DNA from: a virus
Lineage: Duplodnaviria; Heunggongvirae; Uroviricota; Caudoviricetes
Direction: 5' to 3' (one strand)
Virus record (IMG/VR): IMGVR_UViG_2603880148_000002
Location: 1 to 31,815 of that record
Length of the DNA: 31,815 nt
A model generated the notes under the pieces. The model saw nothing but the letters and a program-made list of their open reading frames with translations, was not told where the DNA came from and did not search any database. The position numbers and the translations under genes were made by a program. Of this stretch, positions 27,734 through 31,815 are shown piece after piece (position 1 is the first letter of the stretch; each line of letters opens with the position of its first letter).

Positions 27734-27751
27734 ATTTTATAACCCATATAC

Positions 27752-27777
27752 GGGCGCCAGAAATGGCGCCTTTTTTA
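27752..27777 (+). terminator. intrinsic terminator after J
   Basis: GGCGCC-AGAAAT-GGCGCC followed by TTTTTT. Confidence 0.6.
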
Positions 27778-27800
27778 TTGCAGAAAAGCGAGAGGTAATT

Positions 27801-28400
27801 ATGCGTAAAGTTTGTGCAGCCATTTTGTCCGCAGCCATCTGTCTGTCCGTATCCGGTGCGCCTGCATGGGCGTCTGAACATCAGTCCACACTGAGCGCGG
27901 GGTATCTTCATGCCCGTACGAACGCTCCCGGCAGCGATAATCTGAACGGGATTAACGTGAAATACCGTTATGAGTTTACGGACGCGCTGGGGCTGATTAC
28001 GTCCTTCAGTTATGCCAATGCTGAGGATGAGCAAAAAACGCACTACAGCGATACCCGCTGGCATGAAGATTCCGTGCGTAACCGCTGGTTCAGCGTGATG
28101 GCGGGGCCGTCTGTGCGCGTGAATGAATGGTTCAGCGCGTATGTGATGGCGGGTATGGCTTACAGCCGTGTGTCGACTTTCTCCGGGGATTATCTCCGCG
28201 TAACTGACAACAAGGGGAAAACGCACGACGTGCTGACCGGAAGTGATGACGGTCGCCACAGCAACACGTCTCTGGCGTGGGGAGCTGGCGTGCAGTTTAA
28301 CCCGACCGAATCCGTGGCCATTGATATTGCTTATGAAGGCTCCGGCAGTGGCGACTGGCGAACGGATGCATTTATTGTTGGTATCGGATACCGTTTCTGA
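27801..28400 (+). CDS. lom: Lom/Ail/PagC-family outer membrane protein (moron)
   Basis: Signal peptide MRKVCAAILSAAICLSVSGAPAWA, then beta-barrel pattern ending ...VAIDIAYEGSGSGDWRTDAFIVGIGYRF, nearly identical in its C-terminus to lambda Lom. Confidence 0.9.
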   Translation: MRKVCAAILSAAICLSVSGAPAWASEHQSTLSAGYLHARTNAPGSDNLNGINVKYRYEFTDALGLITSFSYANAEDEQKTHYSDTRWHEDSVRNRWFSVMAGPSVRVNEWFSAYVMAGMAYSRVSTFSGDYLRVTDNKGKTHDVLTGSDDGRHSNTSLAWGAGVQFNPTESVAIDIAYEGSGSGDWRTDAFIVGIGYRF

Positions 28401-28505
28401 CAACAGACGCCGATTTATCTTCTGTAAATATTGTTATGATACGCAGGTTCATCCACCTTATGGGGTGAACTGCGTTTGAGGAAACGTAAAGTTACACTGT
28501 CCTGA

Positions 28506-28538
28506 AGCCCGTGGCGTCACTGCTGCGGGCTTTTTTTA
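28506..28538 (+). terminator. intrinsic terminator after lom
   Basis: AGCCCG...CGGGCT stem followed by TTTTTTT. Confidence 0.55.
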
Positions 28539-28551
28539 TTGGTGGAAAAGT

Positions 28552-31500
28552 ATGACAGTAAAAATTTCTGGCGTGCTTAAAGATGGCACAGGAAAACCAG
28601 TACAGAACTGCACCATTGTGCTGAAGGCCAGACGAACCAGCAGCACGGTGGTGGTGAACACGGTGGCCTCTGAAAATCCGGATGAAGCCGGACGTTACAG
28701 CATGGATGTTGAGCATGGTCAGTACAGCGTCACCCTGCTGGTTGAAGGTTTTCCGCCTTCACATGCCGGGACCATTACCGTCTATGAAGGTTCCAGACCA
28801 GGTACGCTGAATGATTTTCTCGGTGCCATGACGGAGGATGATGTCCGACCGGAGGCACTGCGCCGCTTTGAGCAGATGGTGGAAGAGGTGTCACGTAACG
28901 CCTCCGCGGTTGCACAGAACACGGCAGCCGCGAAGAAGTCAGCCAGCGATGCCGGCACATCAGCACGTGAGGCGGCAACCCATGCGACTGATGCTGCAGG
29001 CTCAGCACGCGCAGCCAGCACGTCAGCCGGACAGGCCGCGTCGTCGGCTCAGTCAGCATCTTCCAGCGCAGGAACGGCATCAACAAAGGCCAGTGAAGCA
29101 TCGAAAAGTGCTGCTGCTGCAGAGTCCTCAAAAAGCGCGGCAGCTACCAGTGCCGCTGCGGCGAAAACGTCAGAAACGAATGCGGCAGCGTCACAACAAT
29201 CAGCAGCCACTTCTGCATCCGCCGCGACCACGAAGGCGTCAGAAGCTGCCACCTCGGCACGGGGTGCGGCGGCCTCAAAAGAGGCAGCGAAATCTTCAGA
29301 AACGAATGCATCATCAAGTGCCAGTAGTGCAACTTCCTCGGCAACGGCGGCAGGAAATTCCGCGAAGGCGGCAAAAACGTCCGAGACGAACGCTAAGTCT
29401 TCTGAAACAGCAGCGGGACAGAGCGCCTCAGCTGCGGCAGGTTCAAAAACAGCGGCTGCATTATCTGCCAGTGCCGCGTCAACAAGTGCCGGGCAGGCCT
29501 CAGCCAGTGCCACCGCTGCCGGAAAGTCGGCAGAAAGTGCCGCCTCGTCTGCTTCAACAGCCACAACGAAGGCTGGCGAAGCCACTGAACAGGCCAGTGC
29601 AGCAGCGAGGTCTGCTTCCGCAGCGAAGACATCCGAGACGAACGCGAAAGCGTCGGAAACCAGCGCAGAATCCTCAAAAACGGCTGCCGCATCGTCCGCT
29701 AGTTCGGCGGCGTCATCGGCATCATCGGCGTCAGCTTCAAAAGATGAGGCGACCAGACAGGCGTCAGCAGCGAAGGGCAGCGCCACGACAGCATCCACGA
29801 AGGCGACAGAGGCAACTGGCAGTGCGACGGCGGCAGCACAGAGCAAAAGTACGGCGGAATCCGCGGCAACGCGCGCCGAGACAGCGGCAAAACGGGCAGA
29901 GGATATTGCATCCGCCGTGGCGCTTGAGGATGCAAGTACGACGAAAAAGGGGATAGTACAGCTCAGCAGTGCAACCAACAGCACATCTGAAACGCTTGCC
30001 GCGACACCGAAGGCAGTTAAAGCAGCGAATGACAATGCGAATGGCAGGGTACCATCTAACCGAAAAGTTAACGGGAAAGCACTGACTGCGGATATAACAT
30101 TAACACCGAAAGATATTGGCACTTTAAATTCAGTAACGATCTCTTTCTCTGGCGGGGCAGGGTGGTTCAAACTGGCAACGGTTACCATGCCACAAGCGAG
30201 TTCCATCGTTTACATCGCATTGATTGGTGGCGCTGGTTACAACGTCGGCTCCCCACAGCAGGCAGGCATTTCAGAACTGGTTCTACGAGCAGGCAATGGA
30301 AAGCCCAAAGGGATTACCGGAGCTTTGTGGAAGCGTACAGCCGTCGGATTAACGAATTTCGCCTGGATCAACACATCCGGCGATACATATGATATTTACG
30401 TTGAGATTGGCAATTATGCGACGAGTGTAAATATCCATTGGGATTGTACTACAAATGCGTCAGTTTCTATTTATACCTCGCCAACATATTCAGCGAGTAA
30501 GCCTTCCAGCGTTACCGGTGGTGTTGTTTATACGATGTATAGCTCACATCAGAAACCTACACCATCAGATATTGGAGCGCTGCCAACGACTGGAGGGACT
30601 ATTTCAGGTCCGTTGTCTGTTACTGATGGGATCACCGGGGCACTGAAGGGGAACGCCGATACCGCGACGAAACTTGCGGCAGTCCCAAAAATTAACGGTG
30701 TTAAGTTTGATGGCTCGGCGGATATTAACCTCACGCCGGAAAATATTGGTGCATTTGCCCGACGTTCGACGGGGGCTTATGCGGATTCGGATGGAGCCGT
30801 TCCCTGGAATGCCGAATCAGGCGCTTACAATGTCACCCGCTCTGGCGACAGCTATATTCTGGTTAACTTCTATACCGGAGTCGGAAGTTGCCGGACCCTG
30901 CAGATGAAGGCGCATTACAGAAATCGTGGTCTGTTCTACCGTTCTTCAAGAGACGGTTATGGTTTTGAGGAAGACTGGGCAGAAGTTTATACCTCGAAAA
31001 ATCTTCCACCAGAAAGCTACCCAGTCGGCGCACCAATCCCGTGGCCATCAGATACCGTTCCGTCTGGTTATGCCCTGATGCAGGGGCAGACTTTTGACAA
31101 ATCTGCTTACCCGAAACTTGCAGCTGCTTATCCGTCAGGCGTGATCCCTGATATGCGTGGCTGGACGATTAAGGGCAACCCTGCCAGTGGTCGAGCCGTA
31201 TTATCTCAGGAACAGGACGGCATTAAATCGCACACCCACAGCGCCAGTGCATCCAGTACGGATTTGGGGACGAAAACCACGTCGTCGTTTGATTATGGTA
31301 CTAAGTCTTCAAATGCCACTGGTGACCATAACCACAGCCGAGGCACTATGGAAATTACCGGTACTCTCGGTTACTTCAGAAGTGATAGCGGTAATTTCTA
31401 TACAGCAAGTGGAGCATTTACACTGGGTGGCTCTGCGCCAGCCCATGGATTTACGGGCTCTCAATTTACTTATGGTGTTCCTGTAAACTTTAACGCTTCC

Positions 31501-31680
31501 AGAACCTGGTCTGGTGCCACAAGCACTACAGGTAACCATGCGCACTCTGTTCCAATTGGTGCTCATGCGCACTCCGTTGCGATTGGTTCACATGGACACA
31601 CCATCACCGTTAACGCTGCTGGTAACGCGGAAAACACCGTCAAAAACATCGCATTTAACTATATTGTGAGGCTTGCATAA
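28552..31680 (+). CDS. stf: side tail fibre protein (lambda Stf-like)
   Basis: N-terminus [38 protein letters not shown]... and C-terminus ...[38 protein letters not shown] match lambda Stf as I recall it; long Ala/Ser/Thr-rich low-complexity middle. Confidence 0.9.
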   Translation: MTVKISGVLKDGTGKPVQNCTIVLKARRTSSTVVVNTVASENPDEAGRYSMDVEHGQYSVTLLVEGFPPSHAGTITVYEGSRPGTLNDFLGAMTEDDVRPEALRRFEQMVEEVSRNASAVAQNTAAAKKSASDAGTSAREAATHATDAAGSARAASTSAGQAASSAQSASSSAGTASTKASEASKSAAAAESSKSAAATSAAAAKTSETNAAASQQSAATSASAATTKASEAATSARGAAASKEAAKSSETNASSSASSATSSATAAGNSAKAAKTSETNAKSSETAAGQSASAAAGSKTAAALSASAASTSAGQASASATAAGKSAESAASSASTATTKAGEATEQASAAARSASAAKTSETNAKASETSAESSKTAAASSASSAASSASSASASKDEATRQASAAKGSATTASTKATEATGSATAAAQSKSTAESAATRAETAAKRAEDIASAVALEDASTTKKGIVQLSSATNSTSETLAATPKAVKAANDNANGRVPSNRKVNGKALTADITLTPKDIGTLNSVTISFSGGAGWFKLATVTMPQASSIVYIALIGGAGYNVGSPQQAGISELVLRAGNGKPKGITGALWKRTAVGLTNFAWINTSGDTYDIYVEIGNYATSVNIHWDCTTNASVSIYTSPTYSASKPSSVTGGVVYTMYSSHQKPTPSDIGALPTTGGTISGPLSVTDGITGALKGNADTATKLAAVPKINGVKFDGSADINLTPENIGAFARRSTGAYADSDGAVPWNAESGAYNVTRSGDSYILVNFYTGVGSCRTLQMKAHYRNRGLFYRSSRDGYGFEEDWAEVYTSKNLPPESYPVGAPIPWPSDTVPSGYALMQGQTFDKSAYPKLAAAYPSGVIPDMRGWTIKGNPASGRAVLSQEQDGIKSHTHSASASSTDLGTKTTSSFDYGTKSSNATGDHNHSRGTMEITGTLGYFRSDSGNFYTASGAFTLGGSAPAHGFTGSQFTYGVPVNFNASRTWSGATSTTGNHAHSVPIGAHAHSVAIGSHGHTITVNAAGNAENTVKNIAFNYIVRLA

Positions 31681-31815
31681 TGGCATTCAGAATGAGTGAA
31701 CAAGCACGGACCATAAAAATTTATAATCTGCTGGCCGGAACTAATGAATTTATTGGTGAAGGTGACGCATATATTCCGCCTCATACAGGTCTGCCAGCAA
31801 ACAGTACCGATATTG
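31680..31815 (+). CDS. tfa: tail fibre assembly protein Tfa, N-terminal part (runs off window end)
   Basis: ATG overlaps the stf stop (TAATG); translation [45 protein letters not shown] matches lambda Tfa. Confidence 0.8.
   Translation, partial: MAFRMSEQARTIKIYNLLAGTNEFIGEGDAYIPPHTGLPANSTDI

Noticed and set aside
17725-28403. Several 200-300-aa - strand ORFs within tail genes (17725..18495, 18844..19551, 22040..22777, 24998..25873, 26084..26731, 27726..28403)
   Set aside because: All are antisense to confidently identified + strand tail genes or lom, have Arg/Pro/His-rich compositions and lack RBS signals.
28838-30206. Long ORFs of 372 aa (+, alternative frame) and 385 aa (-) inside stf
   Set aside because: Both are produced by the GC-rich Ala/Ser/Thr low-complexity coding repeat of stf; their translations are Arg/Pro/Gln-rich or Ala/Asp-rich with no start-site signals.
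1-31815. CRISPR array, integrase or attachment site
   Set aside because: No short direct repeats with unique spacers were seen; the only tandem repeats are in-frame coding repeats in the portal and stf genes. No integrase-like ORF is present; the tRNA gene is followed by cargo and late genes rather than an int gene, so it is phage cargo, not an att site.

Overview
This window is the late region of a lambdoid prophage of an enterobacterial (E. coli/Shigella-like) host, with almost all genes on the + strand. Calls rest on reading the supplied ORF translations and the DNA by eye; no database search or folding was run. In order: the left end of an IS186 copy (transposase N-terminus on the - strand), a phage tRNA-Arg(UCU), an AT-rich accessory island at the position where Stx phages carry stx (no stx here), a nanS-p-like sialate O-acetylesterase, a lysis cassette (phage-21-like pinholin, SAR endolysin, Rz/Rz1) interrupted by two insertions, a - strand ylcI-like gene, HNH endonuclease with a candidate cos region, terS/terL, a fused prohead protease-major capsid gene, a portal gene with a long C-terminal tandem-repeat extension, head-tail joining genes, a lambda-like tail module (V-like, G/GT frameshift, tape measure, M, L, K, I, J), the lom moron, side tail fibre stf and the start of tfa. 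The most interesting unannotated signal is a candidate ~100-nt antisense small RNA with its own promoter and terminator in the unusual 240-bp I-J spacer. No integrase, att site, CRISPR array or toxin gene was seen.
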